A stretch of 64,000 bases of DNA from an uncultured Ignavibacteriaceae bacterium (GCA_964651225.1 CAZYYD010000022.1:2131-66130), one strand, 5' to 3'. Positions 36,129-45,326 are shown, counted from the stretch's first letter. Numbers and translations: made by a program. The notes: generated from the letters alone by a model not told the origin.

Positions 36129-37754
36129 TTACCAGGGTATATCAACGCTGATCGTTGTTCCGCTTCCTGCGGTTGAAGTATGATGCCAGGTGCCCTTGAG
36201 CATCTTCACGCGTTCTTCCATGACAATAAGGCCAAGCCCTTCGAACACCTTTTTCTCAGATTCCCTCGCGGCCATACCTTTCCCATTATCAGCAATGACC
36301 ACATGGACCATGGTATCGTCTTTTATGATCTTCACTTCAGCTTCTGTCGCTTGAGAATGTTTAATGACATTATTGAGAGCTTCCTGAATCAGTCTGAACA
36401 GATTGATCTCGGATTCCTTATCAAAGAGATTATCCACGTCGGCGATGGACGCAAGAGCCTTGATAGACGTTACCGCTGCAATGGTCCCAACGAGATGTTT
36501 GAGCGATTCGGTGAGTCCCAGGCGATCAAGGAGAACAGGTCTCAGGTTTTGCGAGATCTTCCGAATATCTTCCAGCGTTTGAGAAGCAAACGACGATATT
36601 TCCTGCAGTTGTTCAGCCATTTTGGCCATGCTTTTCTTTGACCGCAGACCGAGCAGAGCATAATTCTTCATGATAAGAATATCCTGACCGATACTATCAT
36701 GTAATTCCGCCGCGATTCTTTTTCTTTCTTTTTCCTGGAGATCGATCAGCAAGTGCGATAATTCGAGCTGACGTTCCTTTTCCTTCTTGAGGTGGTCTTC
36801 GTTTTCTGCCATCACCTGAGTCATACGTGCATTCTCGATTGCCACGGATGCATGGGCCGACAGTGCATCAATAAAGGAAACGTCGTCGTTGTCAAAATAT
36901 CCGTGCTTCTTGTTGAGAAGCTGAAATACGCCGATGATCTTGCCATCTTTATTCTTCATCGGCATGCAGAGCATGGTGCGGGTTCGATATCCGGTCATTT
37001 GGTCGATATCTGGAATGAAACGCGGGTCTGCGTATGCATCCGGAATAATAATCGGCTCGCCTGTCTCTGCTACAAATCCTGATAGCCCTTTTCCAATCGG
37101 CAGCCGGATTTCCACTAAATTGGTACCCTGCAGTACCTTCGACCACAGCTCTTTCTTGATATCATCCACAAGGTAGAGCGTGCCGCGATCGGCTTCTACG
37201 CTTTGTGCTGCCGAGTCGAGAATCAATCCGAGCAATTTGTTGAGATCCAGCGTGGAGTTGATACTCTTGCTTGCTTCGATGAGCCGGTGCAGCTTCATGA
37301 TCTTATCTTCGTACCGCTGGACGATTTTATCGTCAGCTTTCCGGATGCGGGCGCTGAGTTCGCGCAGCAGGTTGAACGCTACCTTATGGCTTGAACGCAA
37401 GAGTTCTTCAAACGCCGGCTTATCAAGAGAAAACAGAACGGAGTCTTCAAGACATGTAGCCCGAGCTGAACGGGTCTGTCCATCCAACAACGCCAGTTCG
37501 CCGACAATTTCTCCCCTGCCCAGAATATCCAGAGTTGTTTCTTCGCCAAAGGCGGTCACACGGGATATGCGTATCGCTCCTTCTTCAATGATATATACAG
37601 TATCGCCGGAAGTATCGGCATCAAAGAGCATCGAACCTTTTGGCTGCCGTACTTCATGGAATTTATCCAAGACCTGCAATACATCCTCATAGGGCAGATC
37701 ATGAAAAAAGATGGTAGATTGAAGACAGCGTATGCGTTCATCCTGAGTGAACAT
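36129..37754 (-). CDS. Soluble sensor histidine kinase: cNMP-binding domain + GAF + HisKA_3 + HATPase_c
   Basis: Start trimmed to MFTQDERIRCL. Crp-like GDTVYIIEEG...GRGEIVGELALLDGQTRSARA. GAF region DRGTLYLVD...LCMPMKNKDGKIIGVFQL. H-box AAELHDSIGQ (NarX type). ATPase boxes NNVIKHS and DNGKG. Confidence 0.8.
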   Translation of the reverse strand: MFTQDERIRCLQSTIFFHDLPYEDVLQVLDKFHEVRQPKGSMLFDADTSGDTVYIIEEGAIRISRVTAFGEETTLDILGRGEIVGELALLDGQTRSARATCLEDSVLFSLDKPAFEELLRSSHKVAFNLLRELSARIRKADDKIVQRYEDKIMKLHRLIEASKSINSTLDLNKLLGLILDSAAQSVEADRGTLYLVDDIKKELWSKVLQGTNLVEIRLPIGKGLSGFVAETGEPIIIPDAYADPRFIPDIDQMTGYRTRTMLCMPMKNKDGKIIGVFQLLNKKHGYFDNDDVSFIDALSAHASVAIENARMTQVMAENEDHLKKEKERQLELSHLLIDLQEKERKRIAAELHDSIGQDILIMKNYALLGLRSKKSMAKMAEQLQEISSFASQTLEDIRKISQNLRPVLLDRLGLTESLKHLVGTIAAVTSIKALASIADVDNLFDKESEINLFRLIQEALNNVIKHSQATEAEVKIIKDDTMVHVVIADNGKGMAARESEKKVFEGLGLIVMEERVKMLKGTWHHTSTAGSGTTISVDIPW

Positions 37755-37865
37755 TGAAAAAATTCTTTCGTGCAGGGGAAAGCAATAATTTGTAGATAAT
37801 ACCAAGAATCGGCCACTTAGTCAAGAATAGGTCCCATGGTTCAAGACAGCATGAGAACACGATCA

Positions 37866-37890
37866 AGGTGTTTCCCCCTTATTCTTTCCT
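37866..37890. promoter_or_regulatory. AGGTGTTTCCCCC-TTATTC-TTTCCT motif upstream of the kinase gene
   Basis: It lies ~115 nt upstream of the start at 37754. It shares a 14-mer with 35352-35365 and a direct-repeat layout with 31262-31281. Confidence 0.35.
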
Positions 37891-38151
37891 CGTCAGAGTG
37901 TCTTCCATGCACTTCTGAAGATCGTATCGATTTAACCTCAGAAAAGGAGGCATGAAACGATGATAACCCAGGGATTCTTCATTTCGCCTGCTCTCCGTTC
38001 TTCTCTCAGAATACTCAAGGCAGGAAACAAGAAGGGCGATTACGGTCCCTTCTCCCAGCCATCCTCTTATCCTTGAATCCTTGACGTTCAGGGGACCTTG
38101 CCGCAACCGTTGTTCTCACTCCCTGGCATTCCCCTCCTTATCAGTTTTTTC

Positions 38152-38180
38152 TTGGAACTTCTCTCAACAATATGTATTTT
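38152..38180 (+). promoter_or_regulatory. Possible sigma70-type promoter of the cold-shock gene
   Basis: TTGGAA-N17-TATTTT, which would give a ~240-nt 5' leader. The spacing was counted by hand. Confidence 0.3.
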
Positions 38181-38428
38181 ATGGTTGCCAAGTGACAGTA
38201 CACCGTACTTGCTTCATTGTGAGAATTACCTGATGCCGTCGTGCAAAGGACATTGCTTCTGTAATCAAATGATGGGCCGCCGTTCGCTTCCCAACGTGTA
38301 AGAAGCTATCACCGAGCAACCACCAGCAAGTATTCTTGGTCGTTGATTCTCTCACAAGAGCCGGTATCTGAGACGTACACCGTCCCGACGGTTGATCGGG
38401 GTAACTTATCTAGGAAAGGATTTGTTCC

Positions 38429-38629
38429 ATGGAACAAGGAACAGTCAAGTGGTTCAATGGAGCCAAGGGATTTGGATTTATTTCACGCGCCAGCGGCGAA
38501 GATGTTTTCGTCCATTACAAGTCGATTGTAGGCGAAGGATACAAGACGCTGAACGACGGCGACAAAGTGCAGTTCGAAGTCGAAAAGGGGCCGAAGGGCC
38601 TTCAAGCAGTGAACGTTTCCAAAGTGTAA
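38429..38629 (+). CDS. csp: Cold-shock protein (CspA family)
   Basis: 66 aa, [33 protein letters not shown]..., with RNP1 KGFGFI and RNP2 VFVHY. Confidence 0.95.
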   Translation: MEQGTVKWFNGAKGFGFISRASGEDVFVHYKSIVGEGYKTLNDGDKVQFEVEKGPKGLQAVNVSKV

Positions 38630-38662
38630 AGGGATCCACATCATTCTTGTGAATGTTTCTTC

Positions 38663-38702
38663 AAAAAAAAGGCGCTCAATCGCAAGATTGTGCGCCTTTT
38701 TC
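38663..38702 (+). terminator. Rho-independent terminator after csp
   Basis: A8-GGCGC-N16-GCGCC-T5 (stems at 38671-38675 and 38692-38696). Confidence 0.7.
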
Positions 38703-38722
38703 ATTTATCAAAAACGGTCGAG

Positions 38723-39844
38723 ATGCTGGAGAAAGGAATAAAACCTCTGACAAGGAATTTTGCAGTTTACACATTTATCTTCTTGCTGTTTTGGACCACA
38801 CTCGCTTGGCCGCAGTCCAATATCTCTCGCGGACCGATCGTGTCCAATGCTACCCAGACATCGATCACGATCAGTTGGTGGACACAAAAGAAGTCGAGCA
38901 CTTCAGTAGAATACGACAAAACGTCCAGTTATCAGCATGTGAGACAAGACTCTATTCAGACAAGAGAGCACAGCGTTTCGCTTGATGAACTCCAGCCATC
39001 AACCCAGTACCATTATCGAGTCATTGGACGGGACACGTCAGATGATTATTCCTTTTCGACGAGCGTACGGCCAGGCGAACCGTTTGTTTCCGCGGTATAT
39101 GGTGACACCCGCATGAATCATGACATACACACTGCTGTCCTTCAACTCATCCAACAACATCATCCTCTTTTTGCTATCAACACCGGCGATCTTGTCTCTT
39201 CCGGTACGGAGTCCGACTGGAGCATGTATTTTACAATTTTGTGCGGCAGGACTTCGGTTGGACAGACTCTCCCCATATTTTCCACAGTCGGAAATCATGA
39301 AAAATATTCATCAGGTTATGAACAATACCTCCACTTGCCGCACAATAATCCTCAGAATAGTCAGTTATACTATTCCTTTGACTGCGGTAGTGCTCACTTT
39401 ATTGCTCTCAACTCCACGATCAATTACGAGCCCGGGAGTCCTCAATATAACTGGTTTGTCAAGGATATCGCACAGGCAGCGACTGCGAAGTTTCGATTTG
39501 TTTTCTTGCATCATCCTGTATACAGCTCTTTCCCTCATGGCAGCACAGAAAAGGTTCAACAATATCTCCTTCCGTTGTTTGAACAACATCACGTGCAGAT
39601 GGTTTTTTCGGGACATGATCATGCGTATGAACGGACAAAACCGATGAATGGGGTAACGTATGTTGTCACAGGAGGAGGTGGTGCCCCCCTTTATGATTCA
39701 AAGTCCGACAACAGCTGGACAGCATATAAAGAAAAAGCGTATCACTTCTGTAAGCTGCTTATGGACAGTGCTCAATGTACATTGTATATGATTCGGCTGG
39801 ATGGCGCGATTCGGGATTCCATTACTTTTTCCGCGTCACACTAG
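38723..39844 (+). CDS. Metallophosphoesterase, purple-acid-phosphatase-like with N-terminal FN3-like domain
   Basis: GDTRMNHD, NTGDLV, GNHE, FLHHPVYS, SGHDHAYER. The start is moved to Met12 (38723) because the csp terminator overlaps the longer ORF. Confidence 0.8.
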   Translation: MLEKGIKPLTRNFAVYTFIFLLFWTTLAWPQSNISRGPIVSNATQTSITISWWTQKKSSTSVEYDKTSSYQHVRQDSIQTREHSVSLDELQPSTQYHYRVIGRDTSDDYSFSTSVRPGEPFVSAVYGDTRMNHDIHTAVLQLIQQHHPLFAINTGDLVSSGTESDWSMYFTILCGRTSVGQTLPIFSTVGNHEKYSSGYEQYLHLPHNNPQNSQLYYSFDCGSAHFIALNSTINYEPGSPQYNWFVKDIAQAATAKFRFVFLHHPVYSSFPHGSTEKVQQYLLPLFEQHHVQMVFSGHDHAYERTKPMNGVTYVVTGGGGAPLYDSKSDNSWTAYKEKAYHFCKLLMDSAQCTLYMIRLDGAIRDSITFSASH

Positions 39845-39928
39845 CTCCGTCAGGGGAAGAATGCGTACATCATCCTGACAGGTTAAGCTCTCTGATAAGA
39901 CTTTCAGTGGATAGTTCACGCCAAAATT

Positions 39929-40864
39929 TTACCGCATTGGCAATTTCTTCTTTTGTCTGCGGGCGCGGACAATGGATGCAAGAACTGCCAAGACCAGCAC
40001 ACCTCCAACGACACTCAGCGCAATGACTATGGGAATATCGATAATTCCCATAAGAAGCATCTTGAAACCGATAAACGTCAGGACCACTGACAATCCATGA
40101 CGAAGATAGTAAAAGAGATCCATCATTCCGGCCAGTGCAAAATATAATGATCGCAGACCGAGAATCGCAAAGACATTGGATGTGTAGATAATGAACGGGT
40201 CCTGTGTGATAGCGAAGATCGCCGGTATGGAATCAACGGCAAAGAGTAAATCCGTTGTCTCTATTACAATCAAGACAATAATGAGCAGTGTTCCGTATCG
40301 CTTGCCGCCAGTTTTCACAAAAAACTTTTCCTCATGGTACCCGGCTGTGACCGGAAAAAACTTCTTGAAAAACCGAACAACGATATTGCGTTCAGGATGC
40401 ACTTCTTTTTCTTCACTCTGAAGCGCCATTTTAATGCCCGTGACAACGAGGAATAATCCAAAGATATAGAGAATCCAATGGAATCGAGAGATGAGCGCCG
40501 CTCCAAGAAGTATGAGTAACCCGCGCATAATCAGCGCCCCTAATATCCCCCAAAAAAGAACTTTATGCTGATATCTGGGAGGGACTTTGAAATACGAAAA
40601 GAGCAGCAAAAAAACGAATAGATTGTCGACACTGAGTGATTTCTCAATCAGGTAGCCGGTGAAGAATTGCAAAGCCGAATCATGACCAAACCAAAAAAAC
40701 ACTCCGATATTAAAGAGAAGTGAAACACCGATCCACACTCCGCTCCATAACAACGACTCTTTGATCGTAATCTCATGCGGCTTACGGTTAAAGACTTTCA
40801 AGTCGATAATGAGGAGCAGAAGAATGAAAAGATTAAATCCGATCCAGAGAAGGATGGAATGCAT
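39929..40864 (-). CDS. TerC-family integral membrane protein
   Basis: GYLIEKSLSVDNLFVFLLLF and DLLFAVDSIPAIFAIT are repeated TerC motifs. Confidence 0.85.
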   Translation of the reverse strand: MHSILLWIGFNLFILLLLIIDLKVFNRKPHEITIKESLLWSGVWIGVSLLFNIGVFFWFGHDSALQFFTGYLIEKSLSVDNLFVFLLLFSYFKVPPRYQHKVLFWGILGALIMRGLLILLGAALISRFHWILYIFGLFLVVTGIKMALQSEEKEVHPERNIVVRFFKKFFPVTAGYHEEKFFVKTGGKRYGTLLIIVLIVIETTDLLFAVDSIPAIFAITQDPFIIYTSNVFAILGLRSLYFALAGMMDLFYYLRHGLSVVLTFIGFKMLLMGIIDIPIVIALSVVGGVLVLAVLASIVRARRQKKKLPMR

Positions 40865-42327
40865 CAGGACGGCTTTCGAGAAAGAACTTCACGATGAATC
40901 TGATGTTTCCAATAAAGATAGAAAGGAATTCCTGCAAGAAGCAAGAACAATCCCACCAAAGAATCGGTTGTTTGTTCAATAAATGTATTCACCACAAACC
41001 ATGTAGCGACTATCACAAATGCAATCGGCACATAAGGGTACCCCGGTACACGGAAGGTACGATTAGCGGAGGGCATTTTTTCCCGAATGATGAAAACAGC
41101 AAGCGCGCCAAGAGCAAAGAAAATCCATCCTGCGAAGATGACATAGGTGAATAATTGATCATATGTTCCGGTCAGTGTGAGAAGCGAGGCCCAAAGACCT
41201 TGAATCATCAAAGAGCGCCCCGGAGTTTTATATTTGGAATGGACTTTACTAAAGCTGGAAAAGAAGAGTTTATCTTTTGCCATCGCAAAGAAGACACGTG
41301 CGGTGGTCATCGATGTCGCGTTTACCGTCCCGAAGGTTGAGATCATCACACATAACGAGATAATCGCCCCCCCATATCCGCTAAAGACCTTTTCCATGAC
41401 ATCTGCCGCAACGAGGTTGGATTTCGCGATCTGATCAATAGGAAGGACATAAAGATAAGCAAGGTTTGTTGCCGCATAAATAAGAATGATGATAATCGTG
41501 CCAAGCACCAGTGCACGCGGGATATTTTTCTGCGGTTCCCTTACCTCCCCGGCAAGATAGGTGAGACTATTCCAGCCGTCGTATGACCAAAGAGTTGCAA
41601 TCATTGCAACTCCGATAGCAGGAAGCAGACTTCCGGACGATGGATTGCCCCACAACGGAAAGAAATGGTCTACACTTCCCTTCCCGAATGTGAATCCTAA
41701 AAAGACAATCCCGCCGATAGCGACTACTTTTAAAGAGGTAAAAACATTCTGTACAAAACCGCCAAATTGCACGCCAAAGTAGTTGATGAGTGCAAGGAGC
41801 ATGATTGCTGAGATCGCCGTCAGTTTTAATCCGATATCTGCGAATGGATGGATATTACCTATGAAGGGAAGCTGCCAGGCCTCCAGAGAAGGAGGGAAAT
41901 GCGGCAAATCAACGAAGAAACCGAAGTACTTTGCAAATGCAACCGCAATAGCCGCTATAGACCCCGTCTGGTAGACGATAAATGTCGTCCAACCATAGAG
42001 AAAAGCGATGAGATCGCTGTACAGCACGCGGAAGAAAACATACTGTCCTCCAGCCTCTGTAATTTCACTTGCTATTTCTGCATTCGTCAAGGCTCCGGCA
42101 AGAGTAAGTAATCCGGTCAGAATCCAGACAAAGATCATTACACCGGGGACCTGCACAGCCGCAGCAACATTGGCAGGTGTAAGAAAGATCCCGGATCCAA
42201 TGACAGAGCCGATGACGACCATTATCGCCGATGTCAATCCAAGACGTCTGGACAGTTCATTCTGCTTATCCCCCGATACGTCGATACGTGGTCCTTGTGT
42301 ATGATTCTCTGTTTGTTTCATCGGCAA
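40864..42327 (-). CDS. APC-superfamily amino acid permease
   Basis: 487 aa, ~12 TM, with GSVIGSGIFLTP near the N-terminus. Its stop overlaps the TerC start (TGATG). Confidence 0.85.
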   Translation of the reverse strand: MPMKQTENHTQGPRIDVSGDKQNELSRRLGLTSAIMVVIGSVIGSGIFLTPANVAAAVQVPGVMIFVWILTGLLTLAGALTNAEIASEITEAGGQYVFFRVLYSDLIAFLYGWTTFIVYQTGSIAAIAVAFAKYFGFFVDLPHFPPSLEAWQLPFIGNIHPFADIGLKLTAISAIMLLALINYFGVQFGGFVQNVFTSLKVVAIGGIVFLGFTFGKGSVDHFFPLWGNPSSGSLLPAIGVAMIATLWSYDGWNSLTYLAGEVREPQKNIPRALVLGTIIIILIYAATNLAYLYVLPIDQIAKSNLVAADVMEKVFSGYGGAIISLCVMISTFGTVNATSMTTARVFFAMAKDKLFFSSFSKVHSKYKTPGRSLMIQGLWASLLTLTGTYDQLFTYVIFAGWIFFALGALAVFIIREKMPSANRTFRVPGYPYVPIAFVIVATWFVVNTFIEQTTDSLVGLFLLLAGIPFYLYWKHQIHREVLSRKPS

Positions 42328-42385
42328 TGAGACTCCAGAATGAATTCAGACAATTTGGGGACTGCGCAATTTCCTGACTCTGATC

Positions 42386-44146
42386 CTACCCGCCAAAAAT
42401 GACCAGCTGAACATCTTCAGGAAGGAGGGCGCTCAACGAGCGCATGACACTGCCTCTCAACACATATTCCAGCATACTGCGTTTCGTGGCTCCTAGAATC
42501 ACCCTATCTACACCAAAGGTTGCTGCCTGCTCGGCGATCGTGTAGCCAACTTCATAACTTGGAATCGAGATGATTTGATAATCAATACCTGCGGTCGAAC
42601 AAATTTTATCGATATGCTCTTCGGCACCATTTACTTTCATTTCCATGCGTTCCGGTAACGTTCCGACGGCAATTTCTTTAATCCGAAGGATGAATAACAA
42701 TGCACTGCGTTGTTTTGCTTCATCAAGGGCGAATTTCAGCAGCCGATCGTTTACATCCTTGATGGCTAGCAGATATTTTGCTGAAGGAATGGAAGTACGC
42801 CGGCGCTTCCGCGTCGGTGGAGGCGGTACAGAGACAACTTGCGCTGCAGCCGGTATGCGTGCCAATTTCCACTTTACAGCCTGACGTGCGGCAAGGCCCA
42901 GGAAGAGGATGAGTCCTGCAAAAATGGTAGCTTCATGCTTATTAATAGCAATCGATAGTTCTATAAGAATGAGTATTCCCGCAGAAATCAGCATCAATAT
43001 CTTCAAATATGGCTTCATGCTCACCGACTTGTCAGTTGCCGTCGATCCAAGGTTGATAATCATAGCCCCAACCAAACCAATTGCATAGAGATGTGACAGC
43101 TTTTCCACGTCTTGAATTACCATCAGAACCAAAATAGGCAGGAGTGTCGTGACTACTAAGGGGATGATCGGCACACCATGACGATTCAGTTTACGAAGTG
43201 AAAATGGAAGTTCCTTATCAGCTGACATGAGAAATTGGATGGAAATGAGACCATTTAACGCTGTATTTCCGGCTGAAATAAGAAGGGTTCCTAAAGAAAA
43301 AGCGACGAACCATCCAAACCACTGACCGACATAGTGCTCACCCAAGAACCGAAGCATATCTTCCCTGTGATCACCGGGGACTAATCCCGGCACTGCATGC
43401 ATTGCAAGTCCAAGAAACACATTAGCAATAATGACTTTAGCAAGGACTGACAGGATGGCACGCCGAGAATCTCGTGCAGGGTCTTTCATCAGTCCCGTCA
43501 TATTAGAAATTGCTTCAATACCGGACAAACTCAGAATAAATCCCACAAAGACACCCCAATTATGGAAGAAGCCTCCTTCGGGGCGTACAATTGTTGGCTG
43601 CTGTACCGCTGTTCCAAATGAGGAAACGATGATGGTTGCTAATGTTGCCAATGTGAAGGCAGAGATCAACAGGGCTAATCCGCCGGAATGCTTCGGTCCA
43701 TACCAATTTATAAATCCAAGGGCGCCGATGATAAAAATCGCAAACAATGCAGGATAAGGCAGATCGAGATAATGACACGCATCCAATATAGAGAGCGCCA
43801 TTGTAACGATATAATCTGCACCTAAGAGGAGAGCACCAAATACGGCAAGGAGCTGCGAACGATGGTAAACAGAGCTATAAACCCCGCCACCGCTTGGATA
43901 AAGACGACAGATGGTAATGTAATTGACAGCAACAAGGCTTGTGAGAGCCAGCATGAAGCAGAGGTGCCAGAAACTTGCATAGCCTGCGAGGGCAAAACCA
44001 ATTCCCATCACGTAGGCAACGCTGGTCCCCCAATCTCCGTCTAGAATTGCTGCACTGCGGAGCCATCCCAATACACGGGGGCGGCTTGTTGCAAATTCCT
44101 TCACACCAGATGAAAAGTATGAAGGGCTAGTAGCATCAGGATCCAA
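42386..44146 (-). CDS. APC-type permease fused to a C-terminal universal stress protein (USP) domain
   Basis: A polytopic N-terminal ~430 aa, then a soluble C-terminus (YLLAIKDVNDRLLKFALDEAKQRSALLFILRI...GVDRVILGATKRSMLEYVLRGSVM...QLVIFGG) with a USP-like pattern. Confidence 0.7.
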   Translation of the reverse strand: MDPDATSPSYFSSGVKEFATSRPRVLGWLRSAAILDGDWGTSVAYVMGIGFALAGYASFWHLCFMLALTSLVAVNYITICRLYPSGGGVYSSVYHRSQLLAVFGALLLGADYIVTMALSILDACHYLDLPYPALFAIFIIGALGFINWYGPKHSGGLALLISAFTLATLATIIVSSFGTAVQQPTIVRPEGGFFHNWGVFVGFILSLSGIEAISNMTGLMKDPARDSRRAILSVLAKVIIANVFLGLAMHAVPGLVPGDHREDMLRFLGEHYVGQWFGWFVAFSLGTLLISAGNTALNGLISIQFLMSADKELPFSLRKLNRHGVPIIPLVVTTLLPILVLMVIQDVEKLSHLYAIGLVGAMIINLGSTATDKSVSMKPYLKILMLISAGILILIELSIAINKHEATIFAGLILFLGLAARQAVKWKLARIPAAAQVVSVPPPPTRKRRRTSIPSAKYLLAIKDVNDRLLKFALDEAKQRSALLFILRIKEIAVGTLPERMEMKVNGAEEHIDKICSTAGIDYQIISIPSYEVGYTIAEQAATFGVDRVILGATKRSMLEYVLRGSVMRSLSALLPEDVQLVIFGG

Positions 44147-44174
44147 AATTCACGTTTCCGAATTCAACAAAAGG

Positions 44175-44203
44175 AAGCCGAGGCCGTTAAACGACCTCGG
44201 CTT
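44175..44203 (-). terminator. Hairpin terminator after the lipoprotein gene
   Basis: The minus strand reads AAGCCGAGGTC-GTTTAAC-GGCCTCGGCTT followed by CCTTTTGTTG. Confidence 0.6.
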
Positions 44204-44225
44204 GTGAAAAGACGGGTAAAAAATA

Positions 44226-45257
44226 CTATTTTAAGCGGATGGAAGCAACGACTTTCTCAAAAGCAGGCTGGAAGTCTTTCTTCATCGGAGCATAATAATT
44301 CATAATAATCCGGTAAATTTTATCGTTTTTGACAATAAAATAGACACGGCTGTCAATATTCTTTGCAGGTGAATAATTCAGGTAGATTGTCTTTTCACCA
44401 TCAACCTTGGTTTCACCTTTTGAGGTCGATTTGAAAAACTTAGCATTCTGTTCAACGACTTTTTCCACGGACAGCTTCTTCGCCGGGCGTATATCGATAT
44501 TGATGTCGCAGTCATTTCTCATCCCCTGCTGATTTCCTGAAAATTTCACCCCCGCAATCATGTCTCCTTTTTTCGGCATTTCATTTGGTCCAAAATTGGC
44601 GGGACATTCGAGCTGGAGATAGTTATCAACGTATTTCTCTACCTGCTGCAGTGGGATTGCCGGATCAATACCTTTTGCCATAACAATCTTTGTCGGCAAT
44701 GTTAGTGAAGCCATCACTGAATCGAACACGTGTTTATATGGTTCGAATGTATCGTTAAACCCGGAATACTGCGCATAGAAGATTGTAGAATCTTTGAGCG
44801 TTGCAATGCGAGTAGCCGTCATCCTGGTCTGTTCATCATACGCACCTACATATGTGATTTGCTTTGCTGCAAGGGTTTCCATTTTTGCATCGCCGGCACT
44901 TTTAATCGTAAATCCTGCTGCTTCCTGGTCTGCTTTGTAGGTATCCATGAACTTTTCATAACTCTGCATTGTATCGCTCCGCTCGGAAGCGACAATAATC
45001 TGAATCCCATCAGGTTTTCGAGGATCGCGTGTAAAGAATTTTTCTGCCACTTCCATAGAATTATACATGAGTACGCGGGTAGGCTCTTTCACCACATACC
45101 AGTCTTTGGGATACATGAACGATACTTTAAACACCGGATCTTGAAAACGATCCCATTCCTTAATTGCCACCGATTTATTCTTTGAACAACCAGGGAATAA
45201 AGCAAAAGCCGCCAGCAGGAAAAACAATACTTTATTTTTCATAGCAGTTCCTTTCAA
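44226..45257 (-). CDS. Lipoprotein of unknown function (two tandem PsbP/DcrB-like halves suspected)
   Basis: Lipobox LFPGC. The two halves each end in similar ...F..V.AS(L/I) segments. There is no catalytic motif. Confidence 0.45.
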   Translation of the reverse strand: MKGTAMKNKVLFFLLAAFALFPGCSKNKSVAIKEWDRFQDPVFKVSFMYPKDWYVVKEPTRVLMYNSMEVAEKFFTRDPRKPDGIQIIVASERSDTMQSYEKFMDTYKADQEAAGFTIKSAGDAKMETLAAKQITYVGAYDEQTRMTATRIATLKDSTIFYAQYSGFNDTFEPYKHVFDSVMASLTLPTKIVMAKGIDPAIPLQQVEKYVDNYLQLECPANFGPNEMPKKGDMIAGVKFSGNQQGMRNDCDINIDIRPAKKLSVEKVVEQNAKFFKSTSKGETKVDGEKTIYLNYSPAKNIDSRVYFIVKNDKIYRIIMNYYAPMKKDFQPAFEKVVASIRLK

Positions 45258-45326
45258 TTAGAACACTGTTGAAGAAATTGAGATGTTATAGAAAAAATTG
45301 TTTTGATACACCCCTGATCCTGTTCG

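Noticed and set aside
37960-38076. 38-codon plus-strand ORF (MITQGFFISPALRSSLRILKAGNKKGDYGPFSQPSSYP) with AGGAGG 9 nt upstream.
   Set aside because: It has a good ribosome-binding site but no recognisable motif, and it cannot be tested for conservation here. It is kept only as a note under the intergenic finding.
39929-40864. Looked for a yybP-ykoY (manganese) riboswitch, which often precedes TerC-family genes.
   Set aside because: The TerC start codon overlaps the stop of the upstream permease gene, so there is no leader region in which a riboswitch could sit.
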